A stretch of DNA of 64,000 nt from Thermoguttaceae bacterium (GCA_017557195.1 JAFZAL010000007.1:7260-71259); one strand, 5' to 3'; shown: positions 26,435 to 37,516, numbered from the stretch's first letter. Notes: generated from the letters alone by a model not told the origin. Translations and numbers: made by a program.

Positions 26435-28621
26435 ATGAAGTCCGCCGGTTTTCTGTCGACGTTGGGCGTAGGATTATGCGTTGTCGCTTTTTCAGCGTTT
26501 TTCCTTGCCCCAATGTATCAGCCGATGTTCTCAAACCGGCTGACGTTTCTTTGGAGTTGTCTGTTGGCGTCAGACATTTTGAGCTTTAATTGGCTTTTTC
26601 TTCCAGAGGAATGGCGCGCCTCGGAGACGGTCAAGGCGTTTTTCGACAGCTTCAACACGTCGTTTCTTCCGATAAACCGCTGGTCTATTCTGCTCATTGT
26701 TACAATCGAAGCTCTCTGGATTTATTCGCTCGGATCGCTGATATTTCGCTTCTTGAAAAATCCGTTGGAAGAATCTCCGCTGCTGCGATTCTGCTTGACC
26801 TGTTTGACCGGCGCAGCGGCGCTGTCCGCGCTGACGGGTTTTCTCGGCTTGATCGGTTGTCTGCAAAGCTGGCTTTTCTGGACGCTGGCGGCAGGGACGA
26901 TATTGACGCTAGTATGGAAAATTAGGGATGCGGTTTTACTCAAATCGCCTCAGATTAGTTGCGAGTTGCGAGAAGATGGAATGTGTAATTCCGTTCGATT
27001 TTTCCGGGGGCTTACGCACCCCGGCTCGCCCTACTGCCTACTGCCTACTGCCTTAATCGCTTTCTTCTGTCTCCTCGCTGTTCTCCCCGCCATGACGCCG
27101 CCATTTGATTTTGACGTTCGGGAATACCATCTGGAATCGGTCAAGGAATTCTGGCTTTCTGGGCGAATAACTGCGCTGCCCAACAACGCTTACGCCAACA
27201 TGCCCCTGGGAGCGGAAAGCCTCGTTTTGGTTTCAATGGCGCTTTCCGGCGACTGGTTTTTAGGTGCGCTGGCAGGCAAGACGCTTTTAAGTCTGTCCGT
27301 ACCGCTGACAGCGCTGCTTCTTTTCGCTCTTGGCGAGAAATACCTTTCCAAACGCGCTGGACTGATCGCAGCGCTTATTTACGTTTCCGCGCCGTTAATC
27401 ATTCGCAACGCTCAGTTTGGAATGATTGACGACGTCTTGACGATGTACGCCTTGGCAACGGCGGCAGTCCTGTTAGAAATTGTCAATCAACGTTTAACAA
27501 CAGAAACTGATATATCCCCAACTCTCGCAACTCGCAACTCGCAACTCGCAACTTTATTGGGCGCGATGGCGGGAATGGCGTCGGCGATAAAATATCCGGG
27601 CGCGCTTTTTGTAGCCTTGCCGTGCTTTATCGTAACCTTCTGGAAGAGCAGCCGTCTGCGACTCCAGCTCCCTGTTGTAACGTTTCTTCTGACCGCTTTG
27701 CTTATCGGGGGCGTTTGGTATTTGAAGAACGCGATCCTGCTGGGGAACCCGGTTTATCCGCTGTGTTCCAGCCTGTTTGGAAACGAATTTCCCGTTGGCT
27801 TTTCAGCTGAATCGTACGCTCGATGGCAAACCGTCCACGCGCCTCATGGCTGGGCTTGGTCAGCAATATACAAGCCGATTGTCCTTTTCTTCTATTCTTC
27901 CGACGTTGCCAGCCCGCTGTTTCTGCCCGTTTTGGCGTGCTGTATATTGTTTTGGAAACGACTGCCGGATTATGCGCGCTGGTCGCTGATTTACAGCAGT
28001 CTTTTTCTGGTCGGGTGGCATGTAACAACTCACAGAATTGAACGATTCCTGTTGCCCGTCGTTCCGTTTATCGCCTTGGCTGGCGGCGCGGTTTTTGACG
28101 TCATTCTTTCCAACGTTTCCGTCTGGATGGGACGAGTTCTCAAAGGCGTTTTGGCTCTCGGCGCAGCGTATTCCCTCCTGATTTTAGCGTATCCGTTTCT
28201 CGGAGCGTTCGGAACGTTCGATACAATCTCCGAGATGCGGTCGTCTCCCCTGAGACTGTGCGAGGGATTGACGCAGCTTGTTACACTGAGATCCGAAGAA
28301 CTGCTCAAAATGAAGGATTCCGGCGAACGCGTTTTGCTCATCGGCGACGCCGCGGTTTTCGACTGGCCCGTTCCCATTGACTATTCCGTCTGCTTTAATT
28401 CCGACGACTTTATAGATTCTGTTACAAGCAAACTTCAGGGAGACAATCCGCCCAAATTGATCGTTGTCAATTTAAGCGAGATAAACCGATACCAGACTAC
28501 AGAATACGGGTACAGCTCAAAAGTTAAAGCGGCCCTGGAATTGTTGGATAATCCAGACCGCTTTACTCCAATTTATCGTTCAGAATGGATGACGACGACT
28601 GTTTACGAATTGAAACAATAG
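26435..28621 (+). CDS. polytopic membrane protein, GT-C-fold glycosyltransferase-like (ArnT/PMT family-like), carrying in-frame repeat insertions
   Basis: 728 aa with many hydrophobic helices. A DE-type loop motif FDFDVREYH follows a TM helix, as in ArnT/PMT enzymes. Repeat sequence is read through in frame at 26957-27052 and 27521-27553. It may be a fusion of two ancestral ORFs. Confidence 0.6.
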   Translation: MKSAGFLSTLGVGLCVVAFSAFFLAPMYQPMFSNRLTFLWSCLLASDILSFNWLFLPEEWRASETVKAFFDSFNTSFLPINRWSILLIVTIEALWIYSLGSLIFRFLKNPLEESPLLRFCLTCLTGAAALSALTGFLGLIGCLQSWLFWTLAAGTILTLVWKIRDAVLLKSPQISCELREDGMCNSVRFFRGLTHPGSPYCLLPTALIAFFCLLAVLPAMTPPFDFDVREYHLESVKEFWLSGRITALPNNAYANMPLGAESLVLVSMALSGDWFLGALAGKTLLSLSVPLTALLLFALGEKYLSKRAGLIAALIYVSAPLIIRNAQFGMIDDVLTMYALATAAVLLEIVNQRLTTETDISPTLATRNSQLATLLGAMAGMASAIKYPGALFVALPCFIVTFWKSSRLRLQLPVVTFLLTALLIGGVWYLKNAILLGNPVYPLCSSLFGNEFPVGFSAESYARWQTVHAPHGWAWSAIYKPIVLFFYSSDVASPLFLPVLACCILFWKRLPDYARWSLIYSSLFLVGWHVTTHRIERFLLPVVPFIALAGGAVFDVILSNVSVWMGRVLKGVLALGAAYSLLILAYPFLGAFGTFDTISEMRSSPLRLCEGLTQLVTLRSEELLKMKDSGERVLLIGDAAVFDWPVPIDYSVCFNSDDFIDSVTSKLQGDNPPKLIVVNLSEINRYQTTEYGYSSKVKAALELLDNPDRFTPIYRSEWMTTTVYELKQ
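26957..27052. repeat. chimeric 7-mer-arm element embedded in frame in a CDS
   Basis: Left arm agttgcgagttgcgag. GC hairpin ccgggg-gcttacgca-ccccgg (27004-27024). Right arm cctactgcctactgcctactgcc. Translated as [31 protein letters not shown]. Confidence 0.7.
27521..27553. repeat. (GCAACTC)x4 arm embedded in frame in a CDS
   Basis: Sequence actctcgcaactcgcaactcgcaactcgcaact, translated as TLATRNSQLATL. Confidence 0.75.
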
Positions 28622-28624
28622 GCA

Positions 28625-29167
28625 TTACCGTTTTGCCAGCCACTCTTCCTTTGAGATGCAGAATGTATGGACTGTTCGAAACGTGTCGTCTAAAGGAAAT
28701 GGGACTTTTTCGGTTGTATGATGAAACTTAAATCCGCATTTTTCCTCTACGCGATACGACCGTACATTTCCGTCATAGATATTACACCAGATTTTATCAA
28801 GTTGCAAGTCCTCAAAACCGCGTCTCAACATTTCTCTGGCAGATTCTGTGATGAGTCCTCGTCCCCAATACGGAACGCCAATCCAATAGCCGATTTCAGC
28901 TTCCGTATCGGGAATATCCGAGTTACTCGCTTTTCCAATCATCAGCCCAATGCTGCCAACCGGATGACCAACTTCCTTCAAAATAACAGCGTAGGTTTCC
29001 GGAGCTGAGAGAACATTTTGAATAATCTCGAGGCTGTTTTCTACACTCGTATGAACAGCCCATCCCGCAGCAGGACCAACTTCCGGACTGCTTGCGTATT
29101 TATACAACGCTTCCGCATCGGAGTCTTCCCACGGGCGGAGAATGAGCCGCGTCGTTTCCAAAATCAT
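28625..29167 (-). CDS. GNAT-family N-acetyltransferase (RimJ/RimL-like)
   Basis: 180 aa. Sequence LILRPWEDSDAEALYKY...IGYWIGVPYWGRGLITESAREMLRRGF...NVRSYRVEEKCGFKF matches the acetyl-CoA-binding fold pattern. Confidence 0.85.
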   Translation of the reverse strand: MILETTRLILRPWEDSDAEALYKYASSPEVGPAAGWAVHTSVENSLEIIQNVLSAPETYAVILKEVGHPVGSIGLMIGKASNSDIPDTEAEIGYWIGVPYWGRGLITESAREMLRRGFEDLQLDKIWCNIYDGNVRSYRVEEKCGFKFHHTTEKVPFPLDDTFRTVHTFCISKEEWLAKR

Positions 29168-29216
29168 TTTGATAATCTCTCGTTGATTGAGTTGCGTGAC
29201 AGCGTTAATTAAATTT

Positions 29217-29346
29217 TAAACACGAAAAACACGAAACAAACGAAACTTACGAAAAATTTAAAAAATAATTCTTTCGTGTTTTTCCCGTCCCTTTTCGTAT
29301 ATTTCGTGTTTAAAACTACTGCCTACTGCCTATTGCCTACTGCCTT
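29217..29346. repeat. compound element: ACACGAA / TTCGTGT arms followed by a (CTACTGC)x3 arm
   Basis: Left arm aaacacgaaaaacacgaaacaaacgaaacttacgaaaaa. Right arm ctttcgtgtttttcccgtcccttttcgtatatttcgtgtt. Then ctactgcctactgcctattgcctactgcc, which abuts the purT stop codon (29345-29347). Confidence 0.75.
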
Positions 29347-30532
29347 ATTTCACGTTTCCCAGTTCGAGGTCTTCGCTCATCTTGAAAACGCGGGCGAGGG
29401 CGGCGTCAACGGTTTCGTCTCGAGCCAGCAGAACGCCGACGCGGCGATGTCCGTGGACTTCGCCTTTGCCGAAAATACGCATCGTCGTGTTGGGAGCTTC
29501 GAGGACTTTATCCAGATTGGAGAACGTAACGTCGTCGCTGTCTCCGCGGGCGACAATTGCCTTGGACGCCGACGGGCCGTGGAATGCAATGTTGGGAATG
29601 GGAAGCCCGAGAATGGCGCGGGCGTGGAGCGCGAATTCCGACAGGTCTTGAGAAATCATCGTAACCATGCCTGTGTCGTGGGGTCTGGGGGAAACTTCGC
29701 TGAAAATGACCTTGTCGCCCTTGATGAACATTTCGACGCCGAAAATACCGCGACCGCCCAGCGCGCCGGTGATCTTGCCGGCAATTTCCTGAGCTTTCGC
29801 CTTCGCTTCGTCTGACATGGGCTGCGGCTGCCAGGATTCCTGGTAGTCGCCGTCTACCTGATGATGCCCAATCGGTTCGAGGAACGACGTTCCGCCCGCG
29901 TGACGAACGGTCAGAAGGGTAATTTCGTAATCGAAATCGATAAACCCTTCGACGATGACTTTTCCCGCGCCGGCGCGTCCGCCTTCCTGAGCAATTTGCC
30001 AGCATTTGTCGACGTCGTCCGCCGATTTGCAAACGCTCTGACCGTGTCCGGACGAGGACATAATCGGTTTGATAACGCACGGCGTTCCGATGGCTTCTAC
30101 CGCCTGTTTGAATTCTTCGTAATTGGCGGCGAAACGATACGGGGACGTCGGCAAACCGAGTTCCTCAGCCGCCAGACGGCGAATCCCTTCCCGGTTCATG
30201 GTCAGGAACGCGGCGTTGGCAGTCGGGATAACCGTATACCCTTCTTTTTCCAGTTCAACGAGCGTCGGCGTAGCAATCGCTTCGACTTCCGGAACGATGT
30301 AGTCGGGCTTTTCCTTTTCGATGACTTCGCGCAGCTGTTTGCCGTCGAGCATGTTGATGAAGTAGCTCCGGTGCGCCACCTGCATGCCCGGCGCATTGTC
30401 GTAGCGGTCAACAGCGACAACTTCGACGCCCAAGCGCATCATTTCAATTACAACTTCTTTGCCAAGTTCGCCTGAACCGAGCATCAAAACCTTAACAGCC
30501 GACGGTCTGAGAGCCGTTCCCAATGTAGTCAT
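29345..30532 (-). CDS. purT: formate-dependent phosphoribosylglycinamide formyltransferase (GAR transformylase 2)
   Basis: 395 aa. N-terminus [48 protein letters not shown] plus an ATP-grasp body ([23 protein letters not shown]) are characteristic of PurT. Confidence 0.93.
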   Translation of the reverse strand: MTTLGTALRPSAVKVLMLGSGELGKEVVIEMMRLGVEVVAVDRYDNAPGMQVAHRSYFINMLDGKQLREVIEKEKPDYIVPEVEAIATPTLVELEKEGYTVIPTANAAFLTMNREGIRRLAAEELGLPTSPYRFAANYEEFKQAVEAIGTPCVIKPIMSSSGHGQSVCKSADDVDKCWQIAQEGGRAGAGKVIVEGFIDFDYEITLLTVRHAGGTSFLEPIGHHQVDGDYQESWQPQPMSDEAKAKAQEIAGKITGALGGRGIFGVEMFIKGDKVIFSEVSPRPHDTGMVTMISQDLSEFALHARAILGLPIPNIAFHGPSASKAIVARGDSDDVTFSNLDKVLEAPNTTMRIFGKGEVHGHRRVGVLLARDETVDAALARVFKMSEDLELGNVK

Positions 30533-30654
30533 AGCGTTTTAAGAAAGGAAAAAGGTTATCGATGAGGGAGAAAGAGGAAACGCTCCTCTGGTTTATCGCC
30601 CTCGAATTATCTAATAGACATTTTAGCACAGGACGAAAAGATGTCAAGCTGTGG

Positions 30655-30800
<146 letters not shown>

Positions 30801-30919
30801 CCATTTTTCTTGTAAATTTGTCGAACAATTCATTGACAAAGCAGAAAGAATCTGTTATAATAATATATAAGGGCTAATAAATTCGAATATTTCGTCCAGA
30901 TAATCAAAAAACTATTTCA

Positions 30920-32050
30920 ATGAGAATCTATAAACACGCTTTTACACTGGTTGAACTGCTGGTCGTGATTACCATTATCGGTATAATCATGGGTTTGTCG
31001 CTGCCAGCGCTCAATGCCGCTCGCGAATCAGCGCGCGTATTGCAGTGCAAAAACCATTTAAAACAGCTGGGAACGGCTTGTTGGACGCATAACGCGGAAC
31101 AGCTTACGCTTCCCACCGGCGGATGGGGCTGGCAGTTTGCCGGCGACCCGGCTCGCGGGTTTAGAGAACTGCAAACCGGCGGCTGGCTGTACAATATTTT
31201 ACCATATATGGATAACCGGGCGCTGCACGACATGCCTGGACCTGGTCGTATGAAAACGCCGGTTCCGGAGTTTCACTGCCCGTCAAAGCGCAAGCCGATT
31301 CGGTATCCGTTTTCGCATTCCGGCAACGTGATGTGCTATAGACCGACGCTGTCTTCCAATAGCGTTCAGACGTTTAACGGCGAAACAGAGGTCGCTCGAA
31401 ACGATTACGCCGCCAACGGCGGCACTCGCGCCGATCCCTGTATTACAGGTACGTCATCAGGCTATTATGACGCGTTAAACAAGTACTTTAGTATGAACAA
31501 CGCGCAAGCCATTATCGGCATTCGAGCTTATTTCAAAGGCGAACATAATAACGTGAACGACAATACGGGATCGTACTGTCCCGGCGGCGCGTTTTCAATT
31601 CATACAATTTCGGAACGAGACGGCGCGTCCAACACCATCATGTTGGGCGAACGTCACGTCAATCCGGACGAATACTATACCGGAACCGCCAGCGACGACG
31701 ACCAGGGCTGGGATCAAGGGTACGACCGAGACACCGTCCGGTGGGGCGGCGCGGATAAATCCCTGTTTGGGATGGCGATGGCCGATTTGAACTATACGCC
31801 AGAAATTATGGCTAGAATCAAGGCGTATTACACGCGTCAAAATTTGAGTAATAACCATTGGATTCCCATTCAGGACAAAGCTGGATACACGTCGCCGTCC
31901 AGATGGGGATCCCCGCATGGAGACTCGATAAACTTTTGTATGGTTGACGCGTCCGTAGTTTCAGTCAGTTACGGTGTTGATCCGTTTATTTTCTATTGTC
32001 TTTGCTCGCATTGCGATGGTCAGGCAATTCCGGCTGATACATTTAAATAA
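30920..32050 (+). CDS. DUF1559 / H-X9-DG family protein with prepilin-type N-terminal methylation motif
   Basis: N-terminus [46 protein letters not shown]-terminus [16 protein letters not shown] (H-X9-DA variant). Confidence 0.9.
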   Translation: MRIYKHAFTLVELLVVITIIGIIMGLSLPALNAARESARVLQCKNHLKQLGTACWTHNAEQLTLPTGGWGWQFAGDPARGFRELQTGGWLYNILPYMDNRALHDMPGPGRMKTPVPEFHCPSKRKPIRYPFSHSGNVMCYRPTLSSNSVQTFNGETEVARNDYAANGGTRADPCITGTSSGYYDALNKYFSMNNAQAIIGIRAYFKGEHNNVNDNTGSYCPGGAFSIHTISERDGASNTIMLGERHVNPDEYYTGTASDDDQGWDQGYDRDTVRWGGADKSLFGMAMADLNYTPEIMARIKAYYTRQNLSNNHWIPIQDKAGYTSPSRWGSPHGDSINFCMVDASVVSVSYGVDPFIFYCLCSHCDGQAIPADTFK

Positions 32051-32206
32051 ATTTGACACAGTATAAAAAACGAAATTCGTTTTTCGTTTTCCATTTGATA
32101 TTTAATTCCTGTACATTAACTCATCACTCGACGTCAAGTTATAAACATTGGCGAAAAGCAGTTATTAAATGCGCTATTATCATTTATAGATTTAGAGGAG
32201 GAATCC

Positions 32207-33331
32207 ATGAGAATTTATAAACGCGCCTTTACGCTTGTTGAACTTTTGGTTGTGATTACGATTATCGGCATAATCATGGGTTTGTCGTTGCCAGCTCTGA
32301 ATGCAGCGCGAGAGTCAGCTCGTATTTTACAATGCAAAAACCATCTTAACCAGTTGGGGAAAGGTTGTTTGACTCATAATGCAGAACAGCTTACGCTTCC
32401 GACCGGCGGCTGGGGATGGCATTTTGCCGGTGCGCCTTCTCGCGGATTTAGAGAATTGCAGCCCGGCGGTTGGCTGTATAACGTTTTGCCCTACATAGAC
32501 AACCGCACTCTGCACGACATGCCTGGTCCGGAACGCTGCATGACCCCGGTTCCGGAATTCCATTGTCCGTCAAAACGTAAGCCGATTCGATACCCGTTCT
32601 CTCCTGGCGACTCTACAATGATGTTGCCGGATCAGGGGCTGAAGAGTCTGAAATCTTGTGGCATCAGTGAAATCGCCCGAACTGACTATGCTGGCAACGC
32701 CGGCACCCGAGCGGATCCTGACGTTGCCGGCACCGCCAGCGGTTGGGACGATTTGCATCAATACGCCCGCGCCGGAAATAAGACTACGGTCGTTGCGTTG
32801 CGAAATTTCTGGAAAGGCAAGTGGAATACCATCACCGACACAACCGGCTGTTTCTGCGCCGGCGCCGGACAGACGACTCACGCTATTTCCGAACAGGACG
32901 GAGCGTCCAATACAATCATGATTGGCGAACGACACGTCAATCCGGACGAGTATTATACCGGCGCGGCAAGCGACGACGACCAGGGCTGGGATCAAGGGTA
33001 TGACCGCGACACAATTCGTTGGGGCGGTTCAGACGAAAAACTGCTCAGCATGGGTAACGGCGATTTGAACTACACGCCAGAACGAATCAACATTGCCAAA
33101 GCGTATTTTACTCGACAGAATTTGAGCAAGAATTACTGGATTCCCATTCAGGATAAAGCCGGGTACACGTCCCCGTCCCGATGGGGTTCTCCGCATGGAG
33201 ACTCTATCAACTTCTGCATGGCAGACGGCGCTGTCCGTTCTGTCAGCTATGGCGTTGATCCGTTCCTGTTTTACTGCCTGTGTAATTACAAGGACGCCCA
33301 GTCCATTCCGTCAAATACGTTTAAAGAATAA
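32207..33331 (+). CDS. DUF1559 / H-X9-DG family protein with prepilin-type N-terminal methylation motif (tandem paralogue)
   Basis: The N-terminal ~60 aa are nearly identical to the previous gene. C-terminus [16 protein letters not shown] is canonical H-X9-DG. A strong SD (gaggagg) lies 5-6 nt upstream of the ATG. Confidence 0.9.
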   Translation: MRIYKRAFTLVELLVVITIIGIIMGLSLPALNAARESARILQCKNHLNQLGKGCLTHNAEQLTLPTGGWGWHFAGAPSRGFRELQPGGWLYNVLPYIDNRTLHDMPGPERCMTPVPEFHCPSKRKPIRYPFSPGDSTMMLPDQGLKSLKSCGISEIARTDYAGNAGTRADPDVAGTASGWDDLHQYARAGNKTTVVALRNFWKGKWNTITDTTGCFCAGAGQTTHAISEQDGASNTIMIGERHVNPDEYYTGAASDDDQGWDQGYDRDTIRWGGSDEKLLSMGNGDLNYTPERINIAKAYFTRQNLSKNYWIPIQDKAGYTSPSRWGSPHGDSINFCMADGAVRSVSYGVDPFLFYCLCNYKDAQSIPSNTFKE

Positions 33332-33356
33332 CGCTTAGCTAAACGTTACAACGCAG

Positions 33357-33473
33357 CCCACGCCTTTAGGCGTGGGATAACAAAAGATATAAATAGTGGT
33401 AAGTGGTAAGTGGTAAGTGGTAAGGATGCAAGCGCTGCCCCTACTAACCACTAACAACTAACAACTTACCACT
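33357..33473. repeat. GC hairpin plus 7-mer-arm hairpin element (GGTAAGT / ACTTACC arms) between convergent genes
   Basis: GC hairpin cccacgcc-ttta-ggcgtggg (33357-33376). Left arm agtggtaagtggtaagtggtaagtggtaag (33395-33424). Core gatgcaagcgc. Right arm ctactaaccactaacaactaacaacttaccact. Confidence 0.85.
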
Positions 33474-33480
33474 CGCAATA

Positions 33481-35022
33481 CTATTTTTCTTCCGGAACGA
33501 TGTTGACGCCGTAAAGGTCTTCAAACAGACGCCCCTGTACAGACAACAGCTTTTTCATCAAGACCGGATCTACGCCAGGAGAGCAAAGGACTGTTAAATT
33601 GTCATTCTCCCGGACAAGTTCAATTCCGGAAAGGTCTGCCCCAACGCCCTGCATGAGGGCGTCTGCAACGCGTAAAAACGCAGACAGCTTTGAAACGATC
33701 GCGCGCTGTTCCCGCGGCAGAGCCATGTAATACTCATGAGTCGGCTTGGGCGGAGATTTGCGGTAATATCGCGCCGTTTGAGCGACGATGTCTATATCCA
33801 GACGGCTTAATCCGAAAATATCCGAATTGGCGATAAGATAATACGTATGCTTGTGATGCGCTCTGGCGGCGAGAAAGTATCCCGCTTCGTGAAGCAATCC
33901 CGCAGCGTAGAGCATAAGCCGATGCCGCGGCGTGAGTCCGGACAGGTCTTTAAACAAGTCAAACAGGTTGACGGCGCAGTCCGCCAATCGAGAGCTGTAG
34001 TCCAAATCCACCAGGAACTTTTCGCCCAGAGCGCGAGCGGAATCTATAACGCCCGCCGCCCAGGATTTATCTTCTATGCCAGCTATGTTCAGAGCCTGAT
34101 TTTGAACCAGACCGTCAATCATCTTTGCCGCGCAAAGGTGCATCTTTTTCAGTTTGGTTTGACGAAGAAGATAGCGGAAAATGGTACAGGCAGGGATGAT
34201 TCTTTGCGCTTCTTCAAAGGGAATCTGATATTCCCGGCTGAGTTCCAGTTCGCTTTTGTCCGAAAAATGCTCGACAAACGTTTCGATGCTTTTGGCTTCG
34301 AGGTCTTCCAACGGCTGAGCCGTTTCGCCGCCAACAACCAATTGAGAAATGGACCTTGCAGAGCCGCCGGAAACGGCGATTATACGGTCAATCGAACCCA
34401 GATGAAGGGCGTTAATTGACGTAAACATAACGGTGTCGATATGCGCTTCAAGCCGTTGCAGGTACTGTTTGGGCAGCATTTCAGCGCTTTGATACTGCTC
34501 TCGCAAACGAACGGTTCCGGTATTGACGGAAACCGCATTGACCAGCTTTCCGTTTTGCAGAACCGTCAAGAGCGTGTTTCCCCCGCCGACTTCGACAAGA
34601 AGAACTCGTCCTTTTTCCAGTTTCGATTTTTCGGACAGGGAATTGCTGACCGCAGAAAGAATCAAATGGCTTTCTTCCGACGGGTCAAGAATTTCTACCT
34701 GAATTCCGCAGGCGTTATAGATTCTGTCCTGAAAGACGTCCGCATTAATTGCCTCGCGAACAGCGGACGTAGCGACGCAGCGAACGTTTTGAACCTTGTA
34801 TTTTTCGAGGATTTTATTATAGTCCCGAAAAATGGCGACGGCAGTTCGCATGGAATCGTTGCTGATTCTGTCAGTACAAAACGTATCCTGTCCAAGTCGA
34901 ACGGATTTGTTGTACTGACCAATTGTTTCAAACTTTCCCGTCGATTCGACTTGAGCCAGCGTCATGCGAATCGAATTGGAACCGACGTCAATAGCGGCAA
35001 TGATTGTAACAGAGTCTTCCAT
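33481..35022 (-). CDS. ppx: exopolyphosphatase / guanosine pentaphosphate phosphohydrolase (Ppx/GppA family)
   Basis: 513 aa. N-terminal ASKHA-fold motif IAAIDVGSNSIRMTLAQV, then EVGGGNTLL. C-terminal HD-like region LLHEAGYFL...HHKHTYYLI. Confidence 0.88.
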   Translation of the reverse strand: MEDSVTIIAAIDVGSNSIRMTLAQVESTGKFETIGQYNKSVRLGQDTFCTDRISNDSMRTAVAIFRDYNKILEKYKVQNVRCVATSAVREAINADVFQDRIYNACGIQVEILDPSEESHLILSAVSNSLSEKSKLEKGRVLLVEVGGGNTLLTVLQNGKLVNAVSVNTGTVRLREQYQSAEMLPKQYLQRLEAHIDTVMFTSINALHLGSIDRIIAVSGGSARSISQLVVGGETAQPLEDLEAKSIETFVEHFSDKSELELSREYQIPFEEAQRIIPACTIFRYLLRQTKLKKMHLCAAKMIDGLVQNQALNIAGIEDKSWAAGVIDSARALGEKFLVDLDYSSRLADCAVNLFDLFKDLSGLTPRHRLMLYAAGLLHEAGYFLAARAHHKHTYYLIANSDIFGLSRLDIDIVAQTARYYRKSPPKPTHEYYMALPREQRAIVSKLSAFLRVADALMQGVGADLSGIELVRENDNLTVLCSPGVDPVLMKKLLSVQGRLFEDLYGVNIVPEEK

Positions 35023-35036
35023 GATTTATTTGTTTA

Positions 35037-35115
35037 AGTTGCGAGTAACGAGTAACGAGTTGCGAGAAACGCAAAGCGCCTCATAAAATATCTCGCAACT
35101 CGCAACTCGCAACTC
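35037..35115. repeat. 7-mer-arm hairpin element (GAGTTGC / GCAACTC arms)
   Basis: Left arm agttgcgagtaacgagtaacgagttgcgag. Core acgcaaagcg (35069-35078). Right arm ctcgcaactcgcaactcgcaactc. Confidence 0.85.
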
Positions 35116-35124
35116 ACTACTCTA

Positions 35125-37284
35125 TTACAGGGCGGCGGCAGGCTGCGGAGCCGGAACGTTGGACTTTTCCGGAGCCGGCTGAACTTTAATGGTCGCCGGG
35201 TTGGGCATGTTCGCTACGCCGACCTGAAGAGCTTTGACGTAATCCGCGGTAATGTCGAGAGCTTCTCGCAGATACGGAGTTTCTTCAATATCGGTTCCGT
35301 CCTGTTTAATAGTGTCCTCGAGCTGCTTTTTCTCTTCCTCTTCCGGAATAAGCTCAGCGCGTTCCTCGAAAAACTTCTTTTCGTTAAGCGTGATATTGGA
35401 CTTGTCCTTGTTTTTCAAATAGCACTCGATTTTTCGCTTGGTCTTTTGGAAATCTTCACTCTGAGCGCAGCGAACGGCAGACGCCTGTTTGAGGTATTTG
35501 ACAACAGCGGGCGATACGAGGTTGAATTTCTGATAGACTTGAGCGGGAACCTGATCAAATGCCAGAGCGTAATCGAGGTCGGACTCGCCGACGTCCATGT
35601 GAGTTGTAATCGACGGAAGTTCAACGTCAGCCAGAACGCCGCGGTTTTGCGTGGAGTCTCCATCCGGTCGATAGAACTGCTGAATGGTAACCTTCAACGC
35701 GCCCATCTTCGGAGCCGCGCCGAAGGAGAACAGCGCTTCGCCCAGCGGCAACAGACTTTGAACGGTGCCTTTTCCGTGAGTGGAATGGTCGCCGACAATC
35801 AAGCCGCGGCCGTAGTCCTGAATCGCGCCGGCAAAAATTTCGCTGGCGGAGGCGGAAAACTTGCTGATCAAAACTACCAGCGGTTTGTCCCAGGTTACGT
35901 CTGAGTCGTGGTCTGAATAACATTCAATTTTGAAGTTGTTCTCGCCAACGGATTTCGTTCGGCTTGGACCTTTGACTTGTACAACCGGACCGGTCTTGAT
36001 AAACAAACCGGTTGTGTTGATGGATTCCGGAAGCGACCCGCCGCCGTTGGCGCGAAGGTCAACGATGCAGGCGTCGCAGCCCTGAGCGTTGAAGTCTTCC
36101 AAAATGCGTTTCATGTCGCGAGTAGTGCTGCGGTATTCCGCTTTGCCGTTTCGCATGCCGGACATGTCTGCATAGAAGCTGGGCAAATCGATAACGCCGA
36201 TTTTATAGGGCGTTCCATCGGGTTTGGTTCCCGCTTCAAAAACTTTGCCTTTGGCGGCAGAGTCTTTCAATTCGATTTTAGCGCGGGTGATTTTGATGTC
36301 TTTGGTTTTTCCGCCGTCTGCCGGCAAAACTTCCAGACGAACAACAGTATTGGCTTTGCCGCGAACCTTTTTGACGACGTCGTCGAGTTTCATATCGACT
36401 ACGTCTTCAAACGGACCGTCTGCGCCCTGACCAACGCCGATGATTTTGTCCTCAACCTTGAGCGAGCCTTCTTTTTCGGCCGCTCCGCCGGGAACGAGGT
36501 GCTTGATAATCGTATAGCCGTCTTCCGAACCCAACGTCGCGCCGATGCCTTCCAGCTCCAGACGCATGTTGATTTCAAAGTTTTCCAGGGCGCTGGCGGA
36601 CATGTACGTTGTATGCGGGTCAAACGAAGTCGTCATCGCGGTAAGGTACATTTCCAACAGTTCGTTGGAGTCCGTTTGGTGCATGCGCTTCTGAAAGCTC
36701 TTATATCGGCGAGACAGCTTGTCGATGGCTTCCTGACCTTCTTTGTCGTCAACTTTCAAAATGAGCAGATCGTACTTGACTCTCTTGCGCCATCGTTCCA
36801 TGGCTTCAGCAGAGGTTTTGGGATAGTCCAGCTTGTCGCGATCCAGACAGATGGTTTCGTCAACTGTAAAGTCGATCGGCTGTTTGAGCAGTTCCTGAAC
36901 CTGAGCCATGCGTTCGTCAAGACGAATGAGATACGTCTTGAAAATAACGTACGCGAAACGAATGTCGCCTTTTGACAGCCATTCTGGCATGTTAGGAACT
37001 TGTCTTTTGAAAGCGTCAATGTCTGACTTGAGAAAATACGCTTTTTGGTAGTCCAGCGTTTTGATGAAATTGTCCAGCCAGCGTTCGGAGTATTCCACAT
37101 CAATCTTCTTTTGGGACAGATGCTCGTGCGGCATGAGGATGTCGATTATTCTGGCGATTTGTTTATCTGTTGCGTTGGGGTCGCGAAGCCCATCTTCGCC
37201 GTAAGATGCGGAAACTGCACAGAAAAAGACGACTGCAAGCGAAGAAATAACGCTCAACAGGTTACGCGTGTTGAAATGACTCAT
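35125..37284 (-). CDS. prc: tail-specific (C-terminal processing) protease, peptidase S41A
   Basis: 719 aa with a signal/anchor N-terminus. PDZ-like segment. S41 catalytic region DLRANGGGSL...SKFSASASEIFAGAIQDYGRGLIVGD.STHGKGTVQ. Prc-typical FYRPDGDSTQNRGVLADVELPS. Confidence 0.88.
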   Translation of the reverse strand: MSHFNTRNLLSVISSLAVVFFCAVSASYGEDGLRDPNATDKQIARIIDILMPHEHLSQKKIDVEYSERWLDNFIKTLDYQKAYFLKSDIDAFKRQVPNMPEWLSKGDIRFAYVIFKTYLIRLDERMAQVQELLKQPIDFTVDETICLDRDKLDYPKTSAEAMERWRKRVKYDLLILKVDDKEGQEAIDKLSRRYKSFQKRMHQTDSNELLEMYLTAMTTSFDPHTTYMSASALENFEINMRLELEGIGATLGSEDGYTIIKHLVPGGAAEKEGSLKVEDKIIGVGQGADGPFEDVVDMKLDDVVKKVRGKANTVVRLEVLPADGGKTKDIKITRAKIELKDSAAKGKVFEAGTKPDGTPYKIGVIDLPSFYADMSGMRNGKAEYRSTTRDMKRILEDFNAQGCDACIVDLRANGGGSLPESINTTGLFIKTGPVVQVKGPSRTKSVGENNFKIECYSDHDSDVTWDKPLVVLISKFSASASEIFAGAIQDYGRGLIVGDHSTHGKGTVQSLLPLGEALFSFGAAPKMGALKVTIQQFYRPDGDSTQNRGVLADVELPSITTHMDVGESDLDYALAFDQVPAQVYQKFNLVSPAVVKYLKQASAVRCAQSEDFQKTKRKIECYLKNKDKSNITLNEKKFFEERAELIPEEEEKKQLEDTIKQDGTDIEETPYLREALDITADYVKALQVGVANMPNPATIKVQPAPEKSNVPAPQPAAAL

Positions 37285-37516
37285 AATTATTCAAGGTTAA
37301 GGTGAAATGCTGCAATAAGGCAACAATATGTATAAACTGAGCTGTCAAACAAATTCAGTTTGAATTCCAATTTTTAAGGAATTTGATTGTCAACAGCAAA
37401 AACGACTTTCTCTATAATACCACTTTTTGCTAAAAAATCAAGGGCGATTGGGGAGAAAGTTGGAAGTTGGGAAAAATGAAGGATTACATTAAACAAGGGT
37501 AATCGTCTTAACCCTG

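Noticed and set aside
32051-32206. Possible terminator aaaaaacgaaattcgtttttcg between the two DUF1559 genes
   Set aside because: The palindrome leaves a loop of only 1-3 nt with a 4-5 bp AT-rich stem, which is too weak to call.
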